Positions 1 to 6,374 of a stretch of DNA of 36,146 nt are shown here, piece by piece. The stretch covers positions 1 through 36,146 of the IMG/VR virus record IMGVR_UViG_3300042870_001427; one strand, written 5' to 3'. Below the pieces are notes generated by a model. It saw nothing but the letters and a program-made list of their open reading frames with translations. It did not search any database and was not told the origin of the DNA. Numbering within the stretch: the first letter of the stretch is position 1; every line of letters begins with the position of its first letter. Source of the DNA: a virus (Duplodnaviria > Heunggongvirae > Uroviricota > Caudoviricetes). A program made the position numbers and the translations under genes.

Positions 1-176
1 CTCTATCAGAAAAAGAAATTCTAGATAGTTACTTTCCCCACTGGTTGTCACTCATGGCCAAGGCAGGAAAAGATCTTCCCCCTAATGCCGAACAAGTATG
101 CATTGACGATTGGGTGGTTGTTCACTGGGCAATAGAATCTGATGCCAATGGTGTTATGCTGGATAAACGTAACTAG
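1..176 (+). CDS. 3' part of hypothetical protein (truncated by window start)
   Basis: Open frame from nt 3: LSEKEILDSYFPHW...CIDDWVVVHWAIESDANGVMLDKRN, ending TAG at 174-176. Confidence 0.7.
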   Translation, partial: LSEKEILDSYFPHWLSLMAKAGKDLPPNAEQVCIDDWVVVHWAIESDANGVMLDKRN

Positions 177-186
177 TAATAGTTAC

Positions 187-215
187 TTGACTTATTTACG
201 GATATAGACTATAAT
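187..215 (+). promoter_or_regulatory. sigma70-type early promoter
   Basis: TTGACT (187-192), 17 bp spacer, TATAAT (210-215); ATG follows 6 nt later at 222. Confidence 0.85.
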
Positions 216-221
216 ATCCGT

Positions 222-581
222 ATGAGCACTTATCACATTGGCACCTACGTCGAAATTCAATGCCGGGTTAGAAATAATTTTCTATTCCGTACCGATGACT
301 ATAATACTGTTACTATCAAAGGTACAGTTATTAGACCTCCATATAAACTAGATTCACCAGCAGTATGCTTAAGAACCGATGATGAGAATGTACCTGTTCG
401 TGTTATTGATAGTTCTATTATTGTGGGAAGCATTGAGGGGGCCGCAGATAAACTCTCGGGTGAGATCCGAGCTTATGATACCGGAGAGTATATCGTCACC
501 AAGCTTAACGGAAAAGTAAATTGTACCTGTGTAGGATTTCAATTCCGTCGTTATTGCAAACATTCTGATCGTTACAAGTAA
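222..581 (+). CDS. SWIM-type zinc-finger protein
   Basis: C-terminal CTC-x8-CKH (CTCVGFQFRRYCKH) fits SWIM CxC...CxH. Confidence 0.7.
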   Translation: MSTYHIGTYVEIQCRVRNNFLFRTDDYNTVTIKGTVIRPPYKLDSPAVCLRTDDENVPVRVIDSSIIVGSIEGAADKLSGEIRAYDTGEYIVTKLNGKVNCTCVGFQFRRYCKHSDRYK

Positions 582-591
582 AGGAGCACCT

Positions 592-1020
592 ATGGAAGAC
601 TATGAAGATGGAGAAGTTACGGTTAACTACCAAGCTGTTCTCAAACAAAAAGATTACATGGCAGTTACTCGGTTACTAGCGGCAAATTTAATTTCTGAGC
701 CGTACATGACTATGAGGGACTTTCTTATGGGTCTATCTGATAATGATCTGAAGTCGCTTTTAGAGATTTTGGATTCAGGTATGGGTAGTGAGGAGGATGC
801 AGATCCAAGACTTGAAGAAGCCGTTCTCATCGTAGTCATGCTATCCCAGGCCGAAGGCCTTAGTGCTGGTGATTCACAAACCGTTTCTAATAGACTAAAT
901 GCCTTTGCAATGATCCTGGCTATTGAATCGCTGTTCAGGAAGAAGTTAGTTAAGATCTACCGTGAAAATATGACGCTTGGTGAAGACTACGGCTCAAAAA
1001 TTATTTGTGAGAAACTATGA
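592..1020 (+). CDS. hypothetical protein
   Basis: 142 aa ORF with AAGGAG SD; stop overlaps next start (ATGA). Confidence 0.75.
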   Translation: MEDYEDGEVTVNYQAVLKQKDYMAVTRLLAANLISEPYMTMRDFLMGLSDNDLKSLLEILDSGMGSEEDADPRLEEAVLIVVMLSQAEGLSAGDSQTVSNRLNAFAMILAIESLFRKKLVKIYRENMTLGEDYGSKIICEKL

Positions 1021-1514
1021 AGAAGATATTTGTAGACATGGACGGTGTTCTTTGTGACTTCAACAAGAGGTATACGGAGAAGTTTGGACGTACCCCGGCA
1101 GAAATTAAAGCCGATAGGGTGAATAAACTATATTCCAAACATTGGCATCAGTTCGTAGATGATGCAGAATTTACCGGTTTGGAGAAGATGGGTCATGCAA
1201 ATGAGTTGCTAAGCATCCTACGTAGTATTGATAATCGTTTTGAGATTTGTATTCTCAGCTCTGCCGGCGGCTTTGATCGTCAGCGAGAGGTACAGGAGCA
1301 GAAACTGGCGTGGTTGGAGATGCACGATATCTACTGGCCTGCTGTTATCGTTCCTGGTCGCAAGTATAAGACTGGGTTTGCCGGTGTAGATGCACTTATG
1401 ATTGATGACACATACGATGTAGTAGAATCATTCATTAAAGCCGGTGGTAACGGGGTATGGTATAAAGATGGTGGTGAAAACGCATTAGGTTTAATTCGAG
1501 GGCATGTACAGTGA
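1017..1514 (+). CDS. HAD-family 5'(3')-deoxyribonucleotidase (NT5C-like)
   Basis: HAD motif I IFVDMDGVLCDF, motif II ILSS, motif IV LMIDD. Confidence 0.85.
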   Translation: MKKIFVDMDGVLCDFNKRYTEKFGRTPAEIKADRVNKLYSKHWHQFVDDAEFTGLEKMGHANELLSILRSIDNRFEICILSSAGGFDRQREVQEQKLAWLEMHDIYWPAVIVPGRKYKTGFAGVDALMIDDTYDVVESFIKAGGNGVWYKDGGENALGLIRGHVQ

Positions 1515-1996
1515 ATGAAACATTTAGTATTACATCTGACCAGATCAGTAAACTGCATAATGCATACTGGCTGTTAAGCAATGAAATAGCTGAACTTGAA
1601 GATGTTTTTAGTACTAGTAAAATTACTTCATTACGAAAAGGACTATCAATTCTTAAGGACGCATATTCACCTTTGAGTGAAGAAAAAGACAAAGAGTGGG
1701 ATCGCCGTAATTCATACTATGACGATATTAAACAGGCCAATAAGTTTAAATCAGTATGGTCTATATACGAAGTGGTTAGTTTTCAGGCAAGTAGCGGGTT
1801 TGGGAATGGAATCCTGAAGTATGATAACGTTAAAGTTTCTATGCGCGAAGATACCAATCTTGGATGTATTACATGGATGGATATGTGGAAGTTTGCCGAA
1901 CAAGCTATTAGAGAATCGGGGGATGATCATCATATGTTCATCGAAAGGTTCTATGACAGAGGTGACGGTGTTATAGAGTTAATTACAGGAAGTTAA
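1511..1996 (+). CDS. hypothetical protein
   Basis: 161 aa ORF, GTG start coupled to upstream stop; C-terminal HHMFIE...ELITGS. Confidence 0.7.
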   Translation: MNETFSITSDQISKLHNAYWLLSNEIAELEDVFSTSKITSLRKGLSILKDAYSPLSEEKDKEWDRRNSYYDDIKQANKFKSVWSIYEVVSFQASSGFGNGILKYDNVKVSMREDTNLGCITWMDMWKFAEQAIRESGDDHHMFIERFYDRGDGVIELITGS

Positions 1997-2220
1997 TGCT
2001 TTACCGTACCTTAAATTTCTTACAGACAATACTACCCTATTGGTTTGGCTTCTTCATCATAATGGTTGCCTACGGGTATATGTCTAATGAGGACTTTAAA
2101 AGCAGTTCTAACCAGGACACGGTTACGTTTAAGGTTTCATGCAACACCGTTCTTGCCGATCCCATGAGGTATCCGGAATATGTTTACGAGCACTGTAGAA
2201 AAATTACATCGAAGAGATAA
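1996..2220 (+). CDS. small membrane protein
   Basis: N-terminal hydrophobic segment (ILPYWFGFFIIMVAYGYM), two Cys downstream; TAATG coupling. Confidence 0.6.
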   Translation: MLYRTLNFLQTILPYWFGFFIIMVAYGYMSNEDFKSSSNQDTVTFKVSCNTVLADPMRYPEYVYEHCRKITSKR

Positions 2221-2242
2221 ATAGTTGCAGGGGTACAACTAT
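2217..2242 (+). promoter_or_regulatory. T4-type late promoter with overlapping start-sequestering hairpin
   Basis: ATAAATA 2217-2223; ATAGTTG (2221-2227) pairs with CAACTAT (2236-2242), covering the AT of ATG 2241. Confidence 0.6.
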
Positions 2243-2459
2243 GCAATTAGAAACAAAATTAGGTGATGTTGACACTTTCTCAAAAATTGAGGTTAGAAAA
2301 GCCGTAGGTACGGTTAGAGATGAATTGATTAGAAAGCACGGGCTGCCTTACACAGTAGGGTACCTTGAAGGCACTGTACTCAAAGCATTTCAACAGCTAC
2401 CTGAAAGTGATAAGAGTAGAATTATAAGTCAGATGTTAGATAAGGTTAATTTGCTATGA
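2241..2459 (+). CDS. hypothetical protein
   Basis: 72 aa ORF with AGGGG SD, ATGA-coupled to next gene. Confidence 0.65.
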   Translation: MQLETKLGDVDTFSKIEVRKAVGTVRDELIRKHGLPYTVGYLEGTVLKAFQQLPESDKSRIISQMLDKVNLL

Positions 2460-2653
2460 AACTAGATGCATTCGTAAAAACAAAACGTAACTTCGACGTC
2501 AACTCAAAAAAAGATATCGAGATCTTTACCGAGTTCATGAAAAAATCAGCATGGGGACCTGACTGCTGCCCCTTCCTTCTGGAATTCCCATTCCTGTCAG
2601 TTCCAGACATGATCAAATCAAAGCTAGTCAACAAAGTACTAAAGCTTACGTGA
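2456..2653 (+). CDS. hypothetical protein
   Basis: 65 aa ORF with WG..CPF.LE.PF motif; coupled start. Confidence 0.65.
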   Translation: MKLDAFVKTKRNFDVNSKKDIEIFTEFMKKSAWGPDCCPFLLEFPFLSVPDMIKSKLVNKVLKLT

Positions 2654-2654
2654 G

Positions 2655-2683
2655 TTGATTTTCTTCTCTATATAGTATATAAT
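2655..2683 (+). promoter_or_regulatory. sigma70-type early promoter
   Basis: TTGATT (2655-2660), 17 bp, TATAAT (2678-2683). Confidence 0.8.
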
Positions 2684-2705
2684 AACTATGTTAGGAGAAA
2701 AGAAT

Positions 2706-2861
2706 ATGAAACGAGCTGCTGTTCATCGCGACCTTCGTACCCCGAAGTACCGCATGCGTGTGGTTGAACTTAAGACCGCATATAAACGAAAATCAAAGAA
2801 CCAACGTGAATCTCAATACTATGATACTGACCTCTCCAACTCCAGACGGATATATTTTTAA
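2706..2861 (+). CDS. ArfA-like (alternative ribosome-rescue factor A-like) basic microprotein, 51 aa; not in ORF track
   Basis: AGGAG SD; MKRAAVHRDLRTPKYRMRVVELKTAYKRKSKNQRESQYYDTDLSNSRRIYF; L..P..R.RV...K..Y.RK.K pattern as in E. coli ArfA ([26 protein letters not shown]). Confidence 0.65.
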   Translation: MKRAAVHRDLRTPKYRMRVVELKTAYKRKSKNQRESQYYDTDLSNSRRIYF

Positions 2862-3123
2862 TCTCCATGGAGAGGTTATAGGTGTGGGTACGTATGTAGA
2901 GGGAGACTTCTTCCTACTTGAGACCAACAATGATACGTCTAACCATTCGAACGGAATGGCAGCCCTTGGGTATCTACGCATGAAGTATACCCCAGAGTAT
3001 TATAAAGTACCTTTAAAGAGCTATAATATAATTGAACCTCGTGTCTCAGAAACTAGGCACGACCTTTCGAAATTTAAGCACCACCAGTCACTGGTTGGGG
3101 TGCATCCACTTGCTAAGGAATGA
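2821..3123 (+). CDS. hypothetical protein (start uncertain)
   Basis: Track ORF 2758-3123; first ATG at 2821 (MILTSPTPDG) minimises overlap with the ArfA-like gene. Confidence 0.55.
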   Translation: MILTSPTPDGYIFNLHGEVIGVGTYVEGDFFLLETNNDTSNHSNGMAALGYLRMKYTPEYYKVPLKSYNIIEPRVSETRHDLSKFKHHQSLVGVHPLAKE

Positions 3124-3124
3124 T

Positions 3125-4009
3125 ATGAAAATTGCATTGATGTCGGACGTTCATCTAGAATTTGCCGATCTACCTATTGAGCCTGTTGAGGCTGATGTGC
3201 TCCTATTGGCTGGAGATATTTTTGTGGCCACCGACCTGACTGTTGATAATCATAGGAAGGAAAGATTTGTTAGCTTTATTGAGAATGCCTGTTCAAAGTT
3301 CAAGCACGTTATCTTCATTTGCGGTAATCATGAACATTACCACGGCGACATTGCTCGCTCTTATGGTATCATCCGTGAGACGTTCAAAGACCTTTCCAAC
3401 CTCTATGTACTGGATAATGAAGTAAAAGTCATTGATGACGTTACATTTATTGGTGGTACTCTTTGGACGGATATGAACCGAGAACAGCCCCATACATTGT
3501 TTGCAATTAAAAACTACATGAATGACTACCGTATCATTGCTGATTCGGATGCAAGGGTGGTTTTCAGTGAACCAATCTATGCCGTAAAAGAAGATGGTAC
3601 TAATGATCTTACAAAGGTGGTTAGCAAGAAGTTCCACGAAAGATCAGGTAAGTTTACCCCCGAAAGATCGGTAACGTTACATAAGGTAATGCTTGACGTT
3701 ATTCGTAAGACGGCGGCTGAAAATCTTTCTGGTAAGTTAGTAGTAGTTGGTCATCATGCACCAAGTAAAATATCTACTAAGCCGGAATACGAAAATGATA
3801 CCATGGTCAATGGTGCATACAGTTCTGATCTGTCAGAGTTGATTTTAGATAACCCACAGATTAAACTATGGGTACATGGCCATACACACAGTCAGTTTGA
3901 TTACATGATTGCATCTACTCGTATTGTGGCCAATCCACGCGGTTATGTTGGTTACGAAAGAAACGAGCATGCTAGTGAGCCGTATTTTGCAAAAGTAATG
4001 GAGATTTAA
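3125..4009 (+). CDS. calcineurin-like metallophosphoesterase
   Basis: SDVHLE, LAGDI, GNHEHY, GHHAP, HGHTH motifs; start placed at ATG 3125 after AAGGA. Confidence 0.9.
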   Translation: MKIALMSDVHLEFADLPIEPVEADVLLLAGDIFVATDLTVDNHRKERFVSFIENACSKFKHVIFICGNHEHYHGDIARSYGIIRETFKDLSNLYVLDNEVKVIDDVTFIGGTLWTDMNREQPHTLFAIKNYMNDYRIIADSDARVVFSEPIYAVKEDGTNDLTKVVSKKFHERSGKFTPERSVTLHKVMLDVIRKTAAENLSGKLVVVGHHAPSKISTKPEYENDTMVNGAYSSDLSELILDNPQIKLWVHGHTHSQFDYMIASTRIVANPRGYVGYERNEHASEPYFAKVMEI

Positions 4010-4477
4010 ATGAAGGTGAAACCGAAAAGTCATATCGTTGAATTGGAAAAGGATCCTGTAACTGGTGATCTTATCCTCCCCTTATCTGATGAATTGCTGG
4101 CCGAGGCTGGATGGAATACCGGGGATACTATTAATTGGACCGATAACAAGGATGGGAGCTGGACTATGTCTAAAGTAGAAGAACCAACAGAATTGGTTTT
4201 GGTTGAAGCTATTCAATCGTATCGCATGCGCTATGTTATTGAGGTGCCTGTTGGTAAGAAAGAATGGGCTGAAGATACTGTAGTAATGCAGCAATATGAT
4301 GTCTTACAGGAATTCTCCCAGCTGTCTCTTGGTGAACAAATTACATCTTCACGTGTAGTTACTGAGGCCGAGGTTCTGGCTTTATGTGATACCGATAATA
4401 ACTATTGCAGTGAATGGGGAAATGATAAAAAATTAGAAGTGTTTGTAACAAAATGGAAGGATATTAAAGATGCCTAA
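4010..4477 (+). CDS. AbrB/MazE-like N-terminal domain protein
   Basis: GDLILPLSDELLAEAGWNTGDTINW resembles the swapped-hairpin AbrB/MazE DNA-binding fold; extra acidic C-terminal domain. Confidence 0.55.
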   Translation: MKVKPKSHIVELEKDPVTGDLILPLSDELLAEAGWNTGDTINWTDNKDGSWTMSKVEEPTELVLVEAIQSYRMRYVIEVPVGKKEWAEDTVVMQQYDVLQEFSQLSLGEQITSSRVVTEAEVLALCDTDNNYCSEWGNDKKLEVFVTKWKDIKDA

Positions 4478-4775
4478 ATTTACATTTACATGCGAGCATG
4501 ATTCTAAACATAAATCGACTATGGAGTATGAAGCTGACTTTCTCCAGGATGTTGTTTCTGAATTTGAATTGTTCTTGAGAGGCTGTGGATTTTTCTTCGA
4601 CGGCAATCTCGAATTCGTAACAGAAGAAAAAGAAGAGGTGTTTGATTTTGGGCACAAAATGGATAATTCAGAGGCAGCAGAAGTGGGATGGCCGTTTCCT
4701 AAAACTCGCCAAAGAAGTGGCGAATTGGTCCCAGGATCCGTCGACGAAGGTGGGGTCGGTAATAACAACGAATGA
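4470..4775 (+). CDS. hypothetical protein
   Basis: 101 aa, FLRGCGF motif, AAGGA SD; 3' end overlaps the deaminase. Confidence 0.65.
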   Translation: MPKFTFTCEHDSKHKSTMEYEADFLQDVVSEFELFLRGCGFFFDGNLEFVTEEKEEVFDFGHKMDNSEAAEVGWPFPKTRQRSGELVPGSVDEGGVGNNNE

Positions 4776-5139
4776 TCATCGGATTCTGTCGTTGGGGTAT
4801 AATGGGTTTCCAAAAGGAGTAGAGGATACATTAAAGAGGTATGAAAATAAACCTCTTAAGTATAAACTGGTATGCCACGCCGAACGTAATGCATTAGATA
4901 ATGCGTACTTTGATCTTACTGGCGCCACCCTCTACTCCACCCTCTTCACCTGCAACGAGTGCGCTAAATCCATCATACAACGTGGGATACGAAGGGTCGT
5001 CACCCCCACACCTGATCTCAACAACAAGCTATACAACTGGGATGAAGCATTGTTAATGTACAAGGAAGCTGAACTCCAAATTAAGTTTATTGACACTAAT
5101 GACGCCGATAGGAATAATCAATTGAAAACTCAAAGTTAA
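4648..5139 (+). CDS. cd: dCMP deaminase
   Basis: WD.RFL..A..VA.WSQDPSTKVG, GYNG, HAERNA, CNECAK zinc motifs; probable TTG start at 4648 with GAGGTG SD 7 nt upstream. Confidence 0.9.
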   Translation: MGTKWIIQRQQKWDGRFLKLAKEVANWSQDPSTKVGSVITTNDHRILSLGYNGFPKGVEDTLKRYENKPLKYKLVCHAERNALDNAYFDLTGATLYSTLFTCNECAKSIIQRGIRRVVTPTPDLNNKLYNWDEALLMYKEAELQIKFIDTNDADRNNQLKTQS

Positions 5140-5143
5140 TACA

Positions 5144-5150
5144 CTAAATA
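5144..5150 (+). promoter_or_regulatory. T4-type late promoter variant
   Basis: Intergenic CTAAATA upstream of the rubredoxin gene. Confidence 0.5.
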
Positions 5151-5190
5151 TATTATGTTAACCTAGTTAATGTATTATAAAGGAGGTATT

Positions 5191-5340
5191 ATGAAAGAGT
5201 ATGTTTGTACAGTTTGTGGTCATATACACGACGAAAATATAGATGGTAAGTTTGAAGATTTACCAAAGTATCACAATTGTCCAGAATGTGGAACCGCTAA
5301 AGAAGACTATCAAATGGTCAGTGACCAGCAGATGTATTGA
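5191..5340 (+). CDS. rubredoxin, 49 aa; not in ORF track
   Basis: AAGGAGG SD; MKEYVCTVCGHIHDENIDGKFEDLPKYHNCPECGTAKEDYQMVSDQQMY has two CxxCG knuckles plus FEDLP. Confidence 0.9.
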   Translation: MKEYVCTVCGHIHDENIDGKFEDLPKYHNCPECGTAKEDYQMVSDQQMY

Positions 5341-5341
5341 T

Positions 5342-5349
5342 TATAAATA
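5342..5349 (+). promoter_or_regulatory. T4-type late promoter (gp55-dependent consensus)
   Basis: Exact TATAAATA. Confidence 0.75.
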
Positions 5350-5353
5350 ATCA

Positions 5354-5440
5354 TTCAGCAGTCCGAGGTTAAGGCTGAAAAAAATTCCTCGGGCCTACGC
5401 CTTTTAGGGTAGGATTTATTTTAACTCGCTTAATAAGGAG
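5354..5440 (+). promoter_or_regulatory. structured 5' leader: H-type pseudoknot, hairpin and ROSE-like SD hairpin
   Basis: TTCAGC(5354-59)/GCTGAA(5374-79) crossed with GTCCGAGG(5361-68)/CCTCGGGC(5387-94); CCTAC-g-CCT/AGG-GTAGG (5394-5413); CTC-g-CTT/AAG-GAG (5425-5440). Confidence 0.6.
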
Positions 5441-5445
5441 CAATT

Positions 5446-5661
5446 ATGCTAATCTATGCAGACATGGCTATTGATGCCATCCAATCGACCAAGAGCACTT
5501 GGCTTAAAACTTTCATCTCTGATGAACAGGTCCGTAAACCCCTACAACAATTCGTAGATGCACAAACTGCATTCACCAAACAAGTCGCAAAGACTTTTTG
5601 GGATGTAACTGGTGCTGCAGCTGAGGTTGCAGTATCAAAAGTGTTCACTGCTAAGAAGTGA
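5446..5661 (+). CDS. hypothetical amphipathic helical protein (weakly phasin-like)
   Basis: 71 aa, strong AAGGAG SD, Ala/Thr/Gln-rich helical pattern; function not established. Confidence 0.6.
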   Translation: MLIYADMAIDAIQSTKSTWLKTFISDEQVRKPLQQFVDAQTAFTKQVAKTFWDVTGAAAEVAVSKVFTAKK

Positions 5662-5674
5662 TAGGAGGTTCATA

Positions 5675-6169
5675 ATGACATATCTCAAAGACGTTTTTGG
5701 ACGCGACATGTTCAAAGATTTTGATAAGTTTTATGTAGGATTTGATGATCAATATAATCGCCTTTCGAAAATTCACGACGACCTTACTAAAAACATCCCC
5801 AACTATCCACCTTACAATATCAAAAAAGTCGGTGACAATACCTACGTGGTTGAAATCGCCGTTGCTGGTTTTGCAAGACAGGATATTGAGATCGAACTTG
5901 CCAATAACACCATGGTTATCAAAGGCAATACTTCAACTGATGAGGATGACAATAACTTTTTGTTTAAAGGTATTGCTAATCGTAACTTCACTCGTTCCTT
6001 TACATTAGATGATCAGATTGAAGTTAAGGATGCAGAAATGCTCAACGGTATGTTGAAGGTATTCCTTGAACGTATTATCCCAGAGCACAAAAAGCCAAAG
6101 AAAATTGAGGTTAAAGAAAAAGCTGCAAAAGCTGCTTCCAAGCCCGAACTACTTACAGAAGACTCATAA
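5675..6169 (+). CDS. hsp20: small heat shock protein Hsp20 (IbpA-like)
   Basis: NYPPYNI, EIAVAGF, GIANRNFTRSFTL, NGMLKV, C-terminal IxV (KIEV); start at ATG 5675 after AGGAGG. Confidence 0.95.
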   Translation: MTYLKDVFGRDMFKDFDKFYVGFDDQYNRLSKIHDDLTKNIPNYPPYNIKKVGDNTYVVEIAVAGFARQDIEIELANNTMVIKGNTSTDEDDNNFLFKGIANRNFTRSFTLDDQIEVKDAEMLNGMLKVFLERIIPEHKKPKKIEVKEKAAKAASKPELLTEDS

Positions 6170-6185
6170 GGTCTAATCTGTAACC

Positions 6186-6210
6186 AAAGCCGGCGATCGC
6201 CGGCTTTTTT
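6186..6210 (+). terminator. rho-independent terminator
   Basis: AAAGCCGGC-GATC-GCCGGCTTT followed by a T run, just after hsp20. Confidence 0.85.
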
Positions 6211-6244
6211 ATTCACCAATACACCTAACAAAGGAGTAAATGTT

Positions 6245-6343
6245 ATGAGAGTAATTAGACTGCTTAAATATTTCTTTAATACTATGACAGAATTTATCGT
6301 CGCTGCAAGAAAAAGCAAACAACGCTTTCCCCGCGGCTCTTGA
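6245..6343 (+). CDS. 32 aa basic microprotein; not in ORF track
   Basis: AAGGAG SD at 6231-6236; MRVIRLLKYFFNTMTEFIVAARKSKQRFPRGS. Confidence 0.5.
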   Translation: MRVIRLLKYFFNTMTEFIVAARKSKQRFPRGS

Positions 6344-6368
6344 TTTTTAATTTGATATTCTATATAAT
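6340..6368 (+). promoter_or_regulatory. sigma70-type promoter for DNA polymerase (likely leaderless transcript)
   Basis: TTGATT (6340-45), 17 bp, TATAAT (6363-68), 6 nt, ATG 6375; no SD. Confidence 0.8.
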
Positions 6369-6374
6369 GTACTG

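Noticed and set aside
4010-4775. MazEF-type toxin-antitoxin pair
   Set aside because: The AbrB-like domain is plausible, but the downstream ORF shows no recognisable toxin motif
5354-5413. Leader RNA as a known ribozyme or riboswitch (hammerhead, pistol, twister, preQ1, SAM-II)
   Set aside because: Required conserved cores are not recognisable by eye (no CUGANGA/GAAA, no pistol P2/P3); kept only as an unassigned pseudoknot
6186-6207. Perfect 22 bp palindrome AAAGCCGGCGATCGCCGGCTTT as an operator or mobile-element end
   Set aside because: Single copy directly after hsp20 and followed by a T run; fully explained as an intrinsic terminator
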